Shown in pieces: positions 24,755 to 33,991 of a stretch of DNA of 37,661 nucleotides. Within the stretch, counting starts at the first letter, position 1; every line of letters starts with the position of its first letter. This DNA is from a virus (lineage: Duplodnaviria > Heunggongvirae > Uroviricota > Caudoviricetes): positions 1 to 37,661 of IMG/VR virus record IMGVR_UViG_3300012943_000386, one strand, 5' to 3'. Position numbers and translations under genes: made by a program. The notes beneath the pieces were generated by a model. The model was not told the DNA's origin. It was given only the letters and a program-made list of their open reading frames with translations, and did no database searches.

Positions 24755-25021
24755 CTAGTGAGTTGCCTTGAGCCGGCGCTGAGGGCGGAACGGTTCGGAA
24801 ACGCCAACATTCGCCTGGGCAAGGTCGATTGTCAGCTCGACAAGGGCTTCGCCTGGGCGGAGCTTGATGTCGTACTTGTTGGTGAACTTCTTGGCGTGGA
24901 TTGGTTCTTCAACAAAGTTGGCTTGCTGCTTTGACGCATCAAAGCCGGCGAAGTAGGAGCCACTCGCGCTGTTCTTGACGACATAGAGGGAAACGATTGC
25001 GGAATTTTCAGTATTCATCAA
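24755..25021 (-). CDS. hypothetical protein (88 aa)
   Basis: AGGAGAG RBS. Confidence 0.7.
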   Translation of the reverse strand: MMNTENSAIVSLYVVKNSASGSYFAGFDASKQQANFVEEPIHAKKFTNKYDIKLRPGEALVELTIDLAQANVGVSEPFRPQRRLKATH

Positions 25022-25046
25022 AGCTCTCCTATAAGCTTCATTTAGG

Positions 25047-25484
25047 TCATGTCCTGCCCAGCGTCTTCAGTGTTCTCTCAAGCGAGACAGCGAGGACGAT
25101 GTTCAGGGCTCTTGCAGCTGCCTCACTCGCCATATCTGGCGGCGTGGCAAAAATCTCAGTCCCACGGTGGAAGGCGGCAAGCCAGCCAAGTGGATTTCCA
25201 GAGCCGGTACCTGGGCTGAACACTGCGGTTCTCAGCTCAAGCTTCTTCTCAACGCGTGAAAGTAAATTGATGTCATCGAGAATGCGGCCTTTTACCTTCA
25301 TCTTAGGCGGCAGCTTCTCAATGATGTAGGTGTCCAGTTTATCACGAACCGCAGCCTGTTGCCACTCACCAAGCACGTCGTCAAGAACGTCCCTGAAAAT
25401 GTCGTGGTTGGACTTTATCTCAACCGATGGGGGTTGCTTCGGGTCCCTTGTAGGCCGCTTGAACTGATAAACCTTGGCCGTCAT
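25047..25484 (-). CDS. hypothetical protein (145 aa)
   Basis: ATGA-coupled to the metallophosphoesterase. Confidence 0.7.
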   Translation of the reverse strand: MTAKVYQFKRPTRDPKQPPSVEIKSNHDIFRDVLDDVLGEWQQAAVRDKLDTYIIEKLPPKMKVKGRILDDINLLSRVEKKLELRTAVFSPGTGSGNPLGWLAAFHRGTEIFATPPDMASEAAARALNIVLAVSLERTLKTLGRT

Positions 25485-26359
25485 ACTTCAAAGACCTGGG
25501 TCGTGTCGTATGTTTCGCCGCGGCCACGCTCGTGCGGGTATCCGAGTGGGTTGCAGTGGAGCAGGGTCTCACCGATCTTTCCACTGAACTTCGTGTGGGT
25601 GTGACCGAAGAACCACATGGCTGGCTGGTGCTGAAGAATGAAGTCGTCCAGGTCTGAGGCAAACGCATGGTTCAATATGCGAGTGGTCGGATCGAGCATG
25701 TACATTGGGTGCACTGCCTGCATCGAAGGCAGGTGATGCGTCACAACGACGGTGCGGGAGTTGTCGATGCCGGTCATCCACTTGCCGAACTGCTCGATGG
25801 TGGCCTTGAAGATCTGGTGCATCTGGGTCGGGGTTACACCTCTACCCTCTTCATCTAGAATGACCTTGTGGTCAGTGATGCAGCGAGCAACAGCTTGATG
25901 GATCTGGCTGAGCGCATAATGATCTCCGGCGGCGACCTTCCAGCCATAATCAGTCCATAGCGTACCAAGAATGAAGATGACGCCATCGATCTGTACCATC
26001 ACTGGCTCATTACCGGCAATGGTCAGCTTGTCAGCATAGTTCTCGCCAAGTGCGCGCGACGCTGCATCTTCGATGAACATTTGGCTTTCATCAAGATGTG
26101 TGCCATAGTGCTCATGGTTTCCAAGCACATAGATAATGTGCCTGAAGCGAGGTGCAGCAAGCTGGAAAAACGTGTCAAAGCGACGTGAGCGCTTTGCTGT
26201 TGCAATATCGCCGGCGGCAATGAGAACAGTTTCAGCGTCGGTTGGCAGTGGAGGTAGAATTTCTTCTAGCTTCTTGGAAGCAGCCAGCATTCGATCGCCA
26301 TCGAACGTGTCGTAAAAGAATTCCAAATGCAGGTCGCTACAAGATCTGATTTTCAACAT
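25481..26359 (-). CDS. calcineurin-like metallophosphoesterase
   Basis: SDLH, AGDI, LGNHEHY, THH and GHTH motifs. Confidence 0.9.
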   Translation of the reverse strand: MLKIRSCSDLHLEFFYDTFDGDRMLAASKKLEEILPPLPTDAETVLIAAGDIATAKRSRRFDTFFQLAAPRFRHIIYVLGNHEHYGTHLDESQMFIEDAASRALGENYADKLTIAGNEPVMVQIDGVIFILGTLWTDYGWKVAAGDHYALSQIHQAVARCITDHKVILDEEGRGVTPTQMHQIFKATIEQFGKWMTGIDNSRTVVVTHHLPSMQAVHPMYMLDPTTRILNHAFASDLDDFILQHQPAMWFFGHTHTKFSGKIGETLLHCNPLGYPHERGRGETYDTTQVFEV

Positions 26360-26414
26360 GGTTTCAACTCAACGTTGGTGGTCTTATTCTAACAAATGGC
26401 TGTAACTGAAAACA

Positions 26415-26567
26415 CTAAAGCGTCTTCACCTTCAACCACTCTCTAAAGCACAGTTTCATCTCATTCACAGCGCCGACTTTCGAAGAAAGCGCCAACTCAC
26501 CAACCCTCTTACCAAGAGCTTCTATCAGCCGCCTAGAGCGGTAAAGTTGGAGGTCGATTACTTTCAT
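26415..26567 (-). CDS. small ORF missing from the track (50 aa, MKVIDLQLYRSRR...)
   Basis: Translated by hand; fills the gap; GTAAATA motif upstream. Confidence 0.5.
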   Translation of the reverse strand: MKVIDLQLYRSRRLIEALGKRVGELALSSKVGAVNEMKLCFREWLKVKTL

Positions 26568-26675
26568 TCACGTCGTCCATGATCAGACGATTGTATTTAC
26601 GAAACGAAAACGCAACGCGGCTGATGTGCGAGAAGAATTCCCGCAGATCAGCCTTATCTCGTATATAGGAGCCGA

Positions 26676-27035
26676 CTACCTTGGGTTATAGTCGGTGTTC
26701 GTTCTGAACTTGTAGTATGAGGGAAAACTCTCAGTGTAGTCAGGACTGTGGTACTCGACCTTCCATCCAGCTTTTTCGAAGATGGGTTCAAAGTTCAGCC
26801 ATCCACCTTCCTTGATTGCGTCGTTTATGGGTTTCCCCATGAACGTATCGCCAAGCTCCGCCTTGATGCGCGAAACAATGTCGTCCTTCTTGACTGACGC
26901 GTGGTAAATACCATTCTTGCCATCGCACGCCGCCGAAAGAAGATCGTTGACGATCTTGACCACAACCGGCGGAAAGTTGTCGAGCTTGTGCTGCGCGACG
27001 CCGCGAGGTGAAACTGGTTGGATTTCGTTGCTCAT
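26676..27035 (-). CDS. conserved phage hypothetical protein (119 aa)
   Basis: ...WLNFEPIFEKAGWKVEY..P..Y; ATGA-coupled. Confidence 0.75.
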   Translation of the reverse strand: MSNEIQPVSPRGVAQHKLDNFPPVVVKIVNDLLSAACDGKNGIYHASVKKDDIVSRIKAELGDTFMGKPINDAIKEGGWLNFEPIFEKAGWKVEYHSPDYTESFPSYYKFRTNTDYNPR

Positions 27036-27334
27036 GCTGCCTTCCTCTCAAGCCACCCTTCGTGCATACACATTTCGATGTTCGTCCAGACGCTCTCGAA
27101 CCCATTCTTGCCGCTGATGAGAAGATTACCTTCAGTTGTCCAGCGATGGTGCGGGCGACGATCCGTCCGTTCGATCACTCGCAGCTCCTCGCCGCGCTTG
27201 TACACCTCACCACCGCGGGTGTAGAACCACGGCACCTTGACCACGAGAACATCACCAGGCCCAAGCGGCGGCACTGGAGCCGGAAAATCTTCGCTCTCCT
27301 CTCGCGTCACACCATCATCATAGATGACCTTCAT
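27032..27334 (-). CDS. hypothetical protein (100 aa)
   Basis: ATGA-coupled gene chain. Confidence 0.7.
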   Translation of the reverse strand: MKVIYDDGVTREESEDFPAPVPPLGPGDVLVVKVPWFYTRGGEVYKRGEELRVIERTDRRPHHRWTTEGNLLISGKNGFESVWTNIEMCMHEGWLERKAA

Positions 27335-27666
27335 ACTATCTCCGGTTTTTCAAAGCGAAAGAGGAAGCTTGGATCATTGCCGAGCTTCTTCAGTGTGGCC
27401 TGGGCGGTCTGATACGTGGCGAAGGCCTTGGCGCTTTCATCTTCTGCGACCGCGACGGCGTACTCATAGATCTTCTTGCGGGCGAGGGCGAGCGTCTTGG
27501 CACTGCCGATCCCGCTACCACCGCGCCAGCACTGGAACCTTGGCTCCTTGCGCTTGCGGCGTTCTTCCATCATGAAGTGCTCGCTGGACGGGCGCCCATC
27601 CTTGAAGTCCTCAATGCCGTACTCGGTGCCGAGGATGACGAACGTTTCGATGTAGGCGACGCTCAT
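27331..27666 (-). CDS. hypothetical protein (111 aa)
   Basis: ATGA-coupled gene chain. Confidence 0.7.
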   Translation of the reverse strand: MSVAYIETFVILGTEYGIEDFKDGRPSSEHFMMEERRKRKEPRFQCWRGGSGIGSAKTLALARKKIYEYAVAVAEDESAKAFATYQTAQATLKKLGNDPSFLFRFEKPEIV

Positions 27667-28019
27667 ATGCTTTTCAGCGTCTTGATGGCCGCAGCCACCT
27701 GACCCGGAACCTCGTTCAGCAGGGTGATTGCGTTGCCATCGAGAGCGCTTGCTCCCCAGTTGAACTTCGGCAGCGCTTCACGATGAAGGCGGGCTGCCGC
27801 CTCCAGAGCTTCGAGCGCCTGGTTTGGCGCTGCCTTCAGCTTGGCGATCAGACCGCGGAGTGAAGCAATGTCCTCCTTCAGAGCATCAGCCCAAATTTTG
27901 CCTGGATCTGAAGCTGATCCACGATCAATGAGCTTGCCCAGATTTGTCTGGCGACGGGCATACCAGTCGATCTCGCTGATCGCCTGCTCGATTTCATCCA
28001 TCAGCGTAACTTCTGGCAT
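27663..28019 (-). CDS. hypothetical protein (MPEVTL..., 118 aa)
   Basis: GAGGAG RBS; the upstream part of the track ORF overlaps another gene. Confidence 0.7.
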   Translation of the reverse strand: MPEVTLMDEIEQAISEIDWYARRQTNLGKLIDRGSASDPGKIWADALKEDIASLRGLIAKLKAAPNQALEALEAAARLHREALPKFNWGASALDGNAITLLNEVPGQVAAAIKTLKSI

Positions 28020-28029
28020 CGCAATCTCC

Positions 28030-28359
28030 TCAGTGTTCTCTTGAGCAGCGCTTCTTAGACAGCGGGTACATGGTCTCCCACCCGGACGGAATGAACTTGC
28101 CACCTTCCAGCGGATCGCGGTCATAGACACCGTAGAGGTCCTGCTGCTGGCCGCACTCGCGGCAGTAGCGGCGAGCCGGGTTGCGCTCGTCGTAGCGGTA
28201 CGGGAAGAAGAAGTTGCGCACCTCGCGCAGGGTGTCAGCAGTGTCCCTGAACGACTGGCGCACATCTTCCATCGTGATGCGCAGGTCCTTTTTGGTGGCG
28301 CGCCACTCACCAGCCAGATCAGAGTTCTTGATGGTGTGGTAGATTTGCTTGAAGATCAT
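28030..28359 (-). CDS. hypothetical protein with a CxxC motif (109 aa)
   Basis: RYCRECGQ; GAGGG RBS. Confidence 0.65.
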   Translation of the reverse strand: MIFKQIYHTIKNSDLAGEWRATKKDLRITMEDVRQSFRDTADTLREVRNFFFPYRYDERNPARRYCRECGQQQDLYGVYDRDPLEGGKFIPSGWETMYPLSKKRCSREH

Positions 28360-28485
28360 GACACCCTCACTCGATGTCGAACTTGTTCTTGAGAATGACC
28401 ATGATCACGAAGAGCACGCCGACAACTATGAGCGTAGTCTTCCAATCGGCGCCAATACCCGCGAGATATCCAATGGCGAATTCCA

Positions 28486-29805
28486 TTACTCATCATCCCG
28501 GATTTCGACGGTCTTGTCGTCGCGATCGTGTTCGTAGGTGCAGAACCGCAGTGAGCGGTACTTCTTGGACTTGGAGGATGTGACCTCCTGGTACTTGATG
28601 ACGTGCGTCTTGGCCAGCCACTTCTTGGGGTTGGCCGCCATGTCGCGACGCTGCTCGTCGCTGAAGCCGCTGCCGACGTTGAACTCGACGCGCTCGCCGC
28701 TTTCAAGGTAGGCGACGCAGTTGACGCCGCCGGTCAGACCAGCTTTTTCCAACCGGCTCTTCGGCCGGCCAGGGTAGAAGCCGACGATGCGGGCATCCAC
28801 GTCGTAAAAGCGCTTGACCTTCGTCCATGCGAAGGTGCGGTCCCACTGGTAGGTGGCTTCCCAGTCCTTCAGGATCAGGCCTTCGACGCCGTGCTTGTCG
28901 ATGGCGTCGTTGCAGTAGGCCATCATCTCGTGGTAGTCCTTGACCTCGCGACCTTCAGAGAGGATGATCTTCTTGCACTTGGCGCTAGTGAGCAGGCTGT
29001 CGAGGTTCTTGCGGTTCTCGCGCATCGTGATCTTGGTGCTCTGCGCTTCCCAGTCAGTGAGCGGCATCAGGAAGAAGGCGCGGAGGCGAAGGTTGCCCTT
29101 GGCCTCGTCATTGCCGGACTTCTTCGCATTCACAGTCTCGGTGAAGTTGCTGGCATACCGCTCGCCGTCGAGGATGTAGTCGTAACCGAGGTAGTCGTGA
29201 ATGCGGCGCAGGTCCTCGTCGAAGAGGCCGTTCATGTGTTCAGCGACCTTGCCGCTGCGCGAGTAGTAGACCAGTCCGTCAGCCTTGACGATGGCGATGG
29301 TGCGTTCACCATCATACTTGAAGTCGGCCTGGCATGGGAAGGTGACGTACTTCTCGAAGTCTTCAGTGTCCTCGCACTTGTCGGCGAGCATGACGCTGAA
29401 GACCGGGATTGGATTGTCAGGGTGGACCTTGTTGAAGGTCTCGTCAGAGAAGCCGGCCTTGAGGTCCTTGTCGATGACGCGTTCGACGTATGAGGCGGTC
29501 GCCTTCGAGAAGTTGCTCAGCACGTTCGTGATGGCGAGTTGAGCCTCAGAGCCGGTGATGTCGCGATCATGCAGCGCGTTCAACAGAACGAAGAACTTGT
29601 CGAAGCTGGCCTTCGTGTCGTCGCCGTCAAAGTGAGCAGGCTGCTTGAACTTCTTGACACCGAAAACTCGGTACGGGTTCAGCGCTTCGTGGATCAGCTT
29701 CTGCGCAATGTTGTCGGCCGAAGCGAGCGCCTTTTTGATGGCGTCCTTCTTGCCGGCTCCACCAGCGGCTTCGCAGGCTCGTATGACGTGGACAAAATTG
29801 CTCAT
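28486..29805 (-). CDS. ATP-dependent DNA ligase
   Basis: Motif I KYDGER, DGE, EGLILK, WTKVK, OB-fold GSGFSD, SLRF. Confidence 0.93.
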   Translation of the reverse strand: MSNFVHVIRACEAAGGAGKKDAIKKALASADNIAQKLIHEALNPYRVFGVKKFKQPAHFDGDDTKASFDKFFVLLNALHDRDITGSEAQLAITNVLSNFSKATASYVERVIDKDLKAGFSDETFNKVHPDNPIPVFSVMLADKCEDTEDFEKYVTFPCQADFKYDGERTIAIVKADGLVYYSRSGKVAEHMNGLFDEDLRRIHDYLGYDYILDGERYASNFTETVNAKKSGNDEAKGNLRLRAFFLMPLTDWEAQSTKITMRENRKNLDSLLTSAKCKKIILSEGREVKDYHEMMAYCNDAIDKHGVEGLILKDWEATYQWDRTFAWTKVKRFYDVDARIVGFYPGRPKSRLEKAGLTGGVNCVAYLESGERVEFNVGSGFSDEQRRDMAANPKKWLAKTHVIKYQEVTSSKSKKYRSLRFCTYEHDRDDKTVEIRDDE

Positions 29806-30020
29806 TTGATCACCTTTGTGCATTCGAGTACGGCAGGGCCGTAGTATTGGTAGAAGTTGCCGATGCCGAGGGTGCCGAGCGTCCAGAGCAGGGCAGTCCA
29901 GGCACCAAGGAGAAACAGAACGCCGAGGATCGTGATCTTCATGACGCGCCAGAAGTACGCTTCGACGTACATCGAGCCGACCATGATCACCTCCGCCAGG
30001 AAGACGCCGAGGCGGATCAT
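29802..30020 (-). CDS. small membrane protein (72 aa)
   Basis: GGAGG RBS before MIRLGVFL; two hydrophobic helices. Confidence 0.6.
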   Translation of the reverse strand: MIRLGVFLAEVIMVGSMYVEAYFWRVMKITILGVLFLLGAWTALLWTLGTLGIGNFYQYYGPAVLECTKVIK

Positions 30021-30586
30021 GCTGCCTCCGCCAGGTTGTGGACGTTGAGGGCGGCGTAGAACTTGCCGCGCTCTTCCAGCGTGAACCGACGCTCGACGCG
30101 GCGGATGACGTCTCCGATCGTCTTCAGCGCCTGGTCGACGCGGGCTCGGCCAGAGCGGTGCTTGCGACGGCGCTTCATGTCGATTGACGAGCAGTCGTAC
30201 GTGTGCTTGGTGTGGGCGGGAAGCTTGTACACTTCCGTCATCACGGCCTTCCACTCCTTGCCGTGCGGCATGAGCTTCTTGCCGGACTTGCGCTCAGCCG
30301 TATGGTAATTTATGAGGTGAGCAACCTCGTGCGCGACCGTCTGCTTGAGGAAGTGGTCCTCGTTCTCGACGAGAAGGATGAGGTTCAGGCGAATGAGGTT
30401 GGCGCCGTAGGTGGCGGTACCGCCAAAGCGGTTCTTGATGTCGTAGCGAACTTCAGGCCGCTCGAACTTTCTGTCGAAGTGCTTCTCAGCGATCTTGTAG
30501 CACTCTTCGATGCGAGCCTCCACCTTCTTCCGCAGCGCGGGTGACAGGAGTAGGAGGGTCGGAACCGTTGCCTTCTGCTTTCTCAT
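30017..30586 (-). CDS. SprT-like zinc metalloprotease
   Basis: HEVAH, PHGKEWK, HTY-x-C. Confidence 0.9.
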   Translation of the reverse strand: MRKQKATVPTLLLLSPALRKKVEARIEECYKIAEKHFDRKFERPEVRYDIKNRFGGTATYGANLIRLNLILLVENEDHFLKQTVAHEVAHLINYHTAERKSGKKLMPHGKEWKAVMTEVYKLPAHTKHTYDCSSIDMKRRRKHRSGRARVDQALKTIGDVIRRVERRFTLEERGKFYAALNVHNLAEAA

Positions 30587-30617
30587 CTTCGCTCCTCAGC
30601 GTTCATCAGGTAGGGCA

Positions 30618-30647
30618 ATTGTAAGCCAACCTGTCGAGAATGTACAC
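30618..30647 (-). promoter_or_regulatory. early promoter GTGTAC-N18-TACAAT
   Basis: Member of the recurring family. Confidence 0.55.
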
Positions 30648-30669
30648 AGGTTGATTATTGTTAACTGGC

Positions 30670-31191
30670 CTAGTTCTTGCAGCCGGTGCCAAATGGCTTG
30701 AGCCCAATGTCGCTGTTGTGGCCAATCTGCCACGTCTTCGCACCCAGCATGCCTAGGTGCCATGACCAGCGGGCAATGTACCACGGTGAGTTGCGCTCGC
30801 CGTATTCGTTGGAGGTGTCCTTGCGCGCGAGAAACTCGCTGACGCCGCGGTACAGAAGCGACCACGCAACCGAGGAAAGCGCCACCTCAGACCTGGATGG
30901 GTGCTTGCCAATGAGCGGTCTTGTCATGAAGTTGGCTTCCTCATAGCAGTACCGATCGGCCGTAAAGCCACGGTCAGTCCATGCCTGTAGCTGCGCATCC
31001 GTCCGCTGTGAAGAGGCAATGTGCATCGTCTGCCCCATGTCGACAATGTTCTCGGCGTGCCAGACTGCCTCCATCGCGTAGAAGATTTTGTCGTCGGTGC
31101 GCTTTTCAACGCGACCTTCGACTGGGAGAATGAGCTGAAGAGATGAGCAGCCGCTCATAAGGAGTGTGGCTGCGATGATTGCGAGCTTCAT
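30670..31191 (-). CDS. lipoprotein (173 aa)
   Basis: Lipobox LLMSG-C. Confidence 0.75.
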   Translation of the reverse strand: MKLAIIAATLLMSGCSSLQLILPVEGRVEKRTDDKIFYAMEAVWHAENIVDMGQTMHIASSQRTDAQLQAWTDRGFTADRYCYEEANFMTRPLIGKHPSRSEVALSSVAWSLLYRGVSEFLARKDTSNEYGERNSPWYIARWSWHLGMLGAKTWQIGHNSDIGLKPFGTGCKN

Positions 31192-31691
31192 GCTGTCACC
31201 TTTTTACGCTTGCCCTTGGCCTGCCAGGTTTCCCATGCCTCCTGGACAAAATTGTCCTTGTAGAGGTCCTTGTCATCGTCATCACGCTCAAGGTAGGCTG
31301 GTCCACGCTCCGTCAGAATGTACTCCTCAAAGCGCTGGCGGGCAGGAACAGCCTTTGTCGCACGACGCTTCTTGGAAAGAGTGTAGCCGAGTTCTTCAGC
31401 AGCCCGCTTCAGCAGCTGCAGTTTCTTGTCGCGATCAGCCTGCTTCGAGCTCCAGCTTCCATGGGAGAGAGCTTCGAAGCCGATGCAGTCGATGACTGCG
31501 AGGGTCTGCACGTCCGCGTGTTGGCATTCAACAACGCGGCCGTAGTGAAGATCGGCTTCGCGACCCTTCGGATCGCCAGGCTTGTAGTGCGCGAAGTTCA
31601 TGCCGTGGAAGATCTTCTGACCGAGGTTTGGGTCCTTTGCCCAGACATCGGCGACGTCGTTGTTCAGAATGACGACCGTGCGGAAGCCCAT
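31188..31691 (-). CDS. hypothetical protein (167 aa)
   Basis: Coupled gene chain. Confidence 0.7.
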   Translation of the reverse strand: MGFRTVVILNNDVADVWAKDPNLGQKIFHGMNFAHYKPGDPKGREADLHYGRVVECQHADVQTLAVIDCIGFEALSHGSWSSKQADRDKKLQLLKRAAEELGYTLSKKRRATKAVPARQRFEEYILTERGPAYLERDDDDKDLYKDNFVQEAWETWQAKGKRKKVTA

Positions 31692-31972
31692 TACACTTTC
31701 CCCTTGATGTGGCGTTCGATCATCTCGACGCGAATTCTGTCGGTGTTCGGGTTGATCGCGAGGTAGTCGATGAACGTGCCGTTCCAGTGCACGAGCTCGC
31801 TGAGGGTGCGATCAGTGTCCCAGTAGCGGATACGCTGGTCGCCCCATTTGGCGACGCACTCTTTCACCACCGCTTCGGCATCGTTCGTGACGGTCTTGCC
31901 ACGCCCGAGATCGTCGATGATGATGAACCCACCAGTGATGTCGCAGAGAGCGTATTCAGCGCGGTTCATCAC
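31691..31972 (-). CDS. hypothetical protein (93 aa)
   Basis: IIDDLG..TVTNDAE pattern; coupled gene chain. Confidence 0.7.
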   Translation of the reverse strand: MMNRAEYALCDITGGFIIIDDLGRGKTVTNDAEAVVKECVAKWGDQRIRYWDTDRTLSELVHWNGTFIDYLAINPNTDRIRVEMIERHIKGKV

Positions 31973-32262
31973 AGCACCTTCTTACGCTGTTTCCGCGGCT
32001 TGCGAGGCTTGAGCTCTGGTGCCTTCTCGTCGACAGTCCTTGAGCGAGTGTCGGTGTCTGGCGTGGCGAACCACCAGAGGCTGCCTTCAGCCTCGATGAA
32101 CTCGGCGGCCTTGTACTTCATGAGACTGTACAGCGCCGCCGAAACTCGGTTGCTGCTAAGACCGGTCTCGGTCTGAAGCTGCTTGCCAGTCCTGAAGTCG
32201 TTCGCGCGGATCAGCGCCGCGAAGACTATGGACGTGGAGGTCGGTTGCTTGAAGCGCTTCAT
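31969..32262 (-). CDS. putative winged-helix DNA-binding protein (97 aa)
   Basis: TGKQLQTETGLSSNRVSAALYSL HTH-like segment; basic tail. Confidence 0.55.
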   Translation of the reverse strand: MKRFKQPTSTSIVFAALIRANDFRTGKQLQTETGLSSNRVSAALYSLMKYKAAEFIEAEGSLWWFATPDTDTRSRTVDEKAPELKPRKPRKQRKKVL

Positions 32263-32263
32263 G

Positions 32264-32566
32264 TTAGGCGGCCTTGCAGAGGGACGGGCTAACCGACCAG
32301 GTCAGGCCGAATGGGGCGGCCTTGCCGTCGACGATCTCGCGACCCTTGATCGTCTTCGCGTTGATCTTCGTGATCTCGATGACCACGTCGCGGCCGCGGC
32401 GGCTGTCCGTGAAGCGGACTTTCTGACCAACGTAGAAGGAGGCACCTGCGATAAGCTGCTTGCGAGTGCTCAATGTCCGCAGCTGCTCACACACGATGGT
32501 GTTGAGGTTGCGAAGTTCCTGCTCGTTCAACGTGTGCAGGTTATTTAGAATGTCAGCGTACTTCAT
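32264..32566 (-). CDS. hypothetical protein, possibly SH3-like C-terminal half
   Basis: VGQKVRFTD...ITKINAKT...WSVSPSL; early promoter at 32600-32629; start uncertain. Confidence 0.65.
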   Translation of the reverse strand: MKYADILNNLHTLNEQELRNLNTIVCEQLRTLSTRKQLIAGASFYVGQKVRFTDSRRGRDVVIEITKINAKTIKGREIVDGKAAPFGLTWSVSPSLCKAA

Positions 32567-32642
32567 CTCAGTCATCTCCAGATTGGTCAACGTGAGGCCA
32601 TTGTAAACTGCAACCTGTGGATTGTACACAGTTCACATTATG

Positions 32643-32885
32643 TTAAATGGAGCCCTTGGGCTCCATCTTGGTGCGGCCAAGCTTGATGTCGATCTTGACG
32701 ATCTTGGAGGCCAGCTCAGTGAGGTCCTTCAGCCGGTACTTTTCGTGAAGCTGGCGGTCGCGGCCTGGAAGTGGGGTGGCCTTGAGCTTCGTGATCTTGT
32801 TCACCAGCTCCGCGCGTTCGGCCAAAAGGGCCTGCCGCTCGGGGGTATCTTTGACAATGCCTGCACGTCCACCGGCCATGTTCAT
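32643..32885 (-). CDS. hypothetical basic protein (80 aa)
   Basis: AGGAG RBS; early promoter GTGTAC-N18-TATAAT at 32906-32935. Confidence 0.7.
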   Translation of the reverse strand: MNMAGGRAGIVKDTPERQALLAERAELVNKITKLKATPLPGRDRQLHEKYRLKDLTELASKIVKIDIKLGRTKMEPKGSI

Positions 32886-33037
32886 CTCCTGTTTCAGCTC
32901 AGGTCATTATACCCTGATTGGAGGCTGATGTACACTGTTGACCTGCTAACAGGTCCGCGCTTGGTTAAATACTGAACGACAACAAGAACAAGCGCCGAAG
33001 AGCTGCTAGCTTAGCACGAACGGTGCGGAGATAATTC

Positions 33038-33469
33038 ATGCCCAAGAAGCGCATCCCTGAGCTCAAGATTGAGCACGTCAATGACCGCGCGAACAACATC
33101 TTTCTCAGCCTGCTTGAGTACAAGCGCGAGACATATCTATGCGTCATCGACAACGTATCGCCATCCGAGATAGGAGCGTACGTGCTAGATTATGCAGAGC
33201 AGGAGAGGGTGCCAGTGGCTGAGTTCTTAAGCGTCATCACGCACTGGTTCTACTCGAAGTCAGAAGCCCATCCACTAAGCATCGAGCTGGCGCGACTAGG
33301 GTTGACCGAGAGGATGGCGCCAATCTATAGAACATTTGATGCAGCGTATGTTTCGCGCATCATTGGGCACGCGTTCTCATTTGAGAGCGACAAGAAGTCA
33401 AAGGTTCGACGTAGGCGCGTCATCCCAATTCAAGAAGGGATCGCGATCAAGCTGAAGCGTCAAGGGTAG
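33038..33469 (+). CDS. conserved jumbo-phage-type hypothetical protein (143 aa)
   Basis: GGAG RBS; TAAATA at 32966-32971; isolated plus-strand gene. Confidence 0.75.
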   Translation: MPKKRIPELKIEHVNDRANNIFLSLLEYKRETYLCVIDNVSPSEIGAYVLDYAEQERVPVAEFLSVITHWFYSKSEAHPLSIELARLGLTERMAPIYRTFDAAYVSRIIGHAFSFESDKKSKVRRRRVIPIQEGIAIKLKRQG

Positions 33470-33638
33470 GAAGCGGATACTTCTTATCAATGAAGAGAAG
33501 CCGTCCAGGCGGACACTTCCTCGCTACCTCGCAACCATCGAACATGTAGAACCCGAAGTAAAATGGTGGGCGGTCATCGATTACCCAAGACAGGCGTATC
33601 TTTAGGGTAGGAGTTTCATTCTCCTCCCACAGGCTCAT
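33447..33638 (-). CDS. possible small protein (63 aa)
   Basis: Fills the gap in the minus-strand chain; weak support. Confidence 0.35.
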   Translation of the reverse strand: MSLWEENETPTLKIRLSWVIDDRPPFYFGFYMFDGCEVARKCPPGRLLFIDKKYPLPTLDASA

Positions 33639-33652
33639 TCTATTCCAGCCTC

Positions 33653-33991
33653 TCATATAATTGAGTGGCAGTAGAAGCCGACGCCTACGGCAAATAGCTG
33701 AAAAGCGACAGTGAAGAACATAACCCACTTTAGGTAGGTCATGTAAGCCGCTCGCATAAAGTAGATGCCAAATCCAAGCAGCGCAAGCAGCGCAACCTTG
33801 ACCAACAGAATTGAGTGCATGCCATAGCTGACGATAAGCTGACGCATGAGTGGGTTGACCTCAGCATCTGGTCCGTCAAGAACCACCAGTTGTCTTGTCA
33901 GCTCAAAGTCTAGCAGTGACAACCCAGTAAGTACTATGAAGAGCTGCCACAGAATGATGCGGCGGTCGATGACAACAGCATCAAACGCCAT
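33653..33991 (-). CDS. membrane protein, DUF5658-like
   Basis: D..LT...G...E.NPLM motif; three or four TM helices. Confidence 0.65.
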   Translation of the reverse strand: MAFDAVVIDRRIILWQLFIVLTGLSLLDFELTRQLVVLDGPDAEVNPLMRQLIVSYGMHSILLVKVALLALLGFGIYFMRAAYMTYLKWVMFFTVAFQLFAVGVGFYCHSII

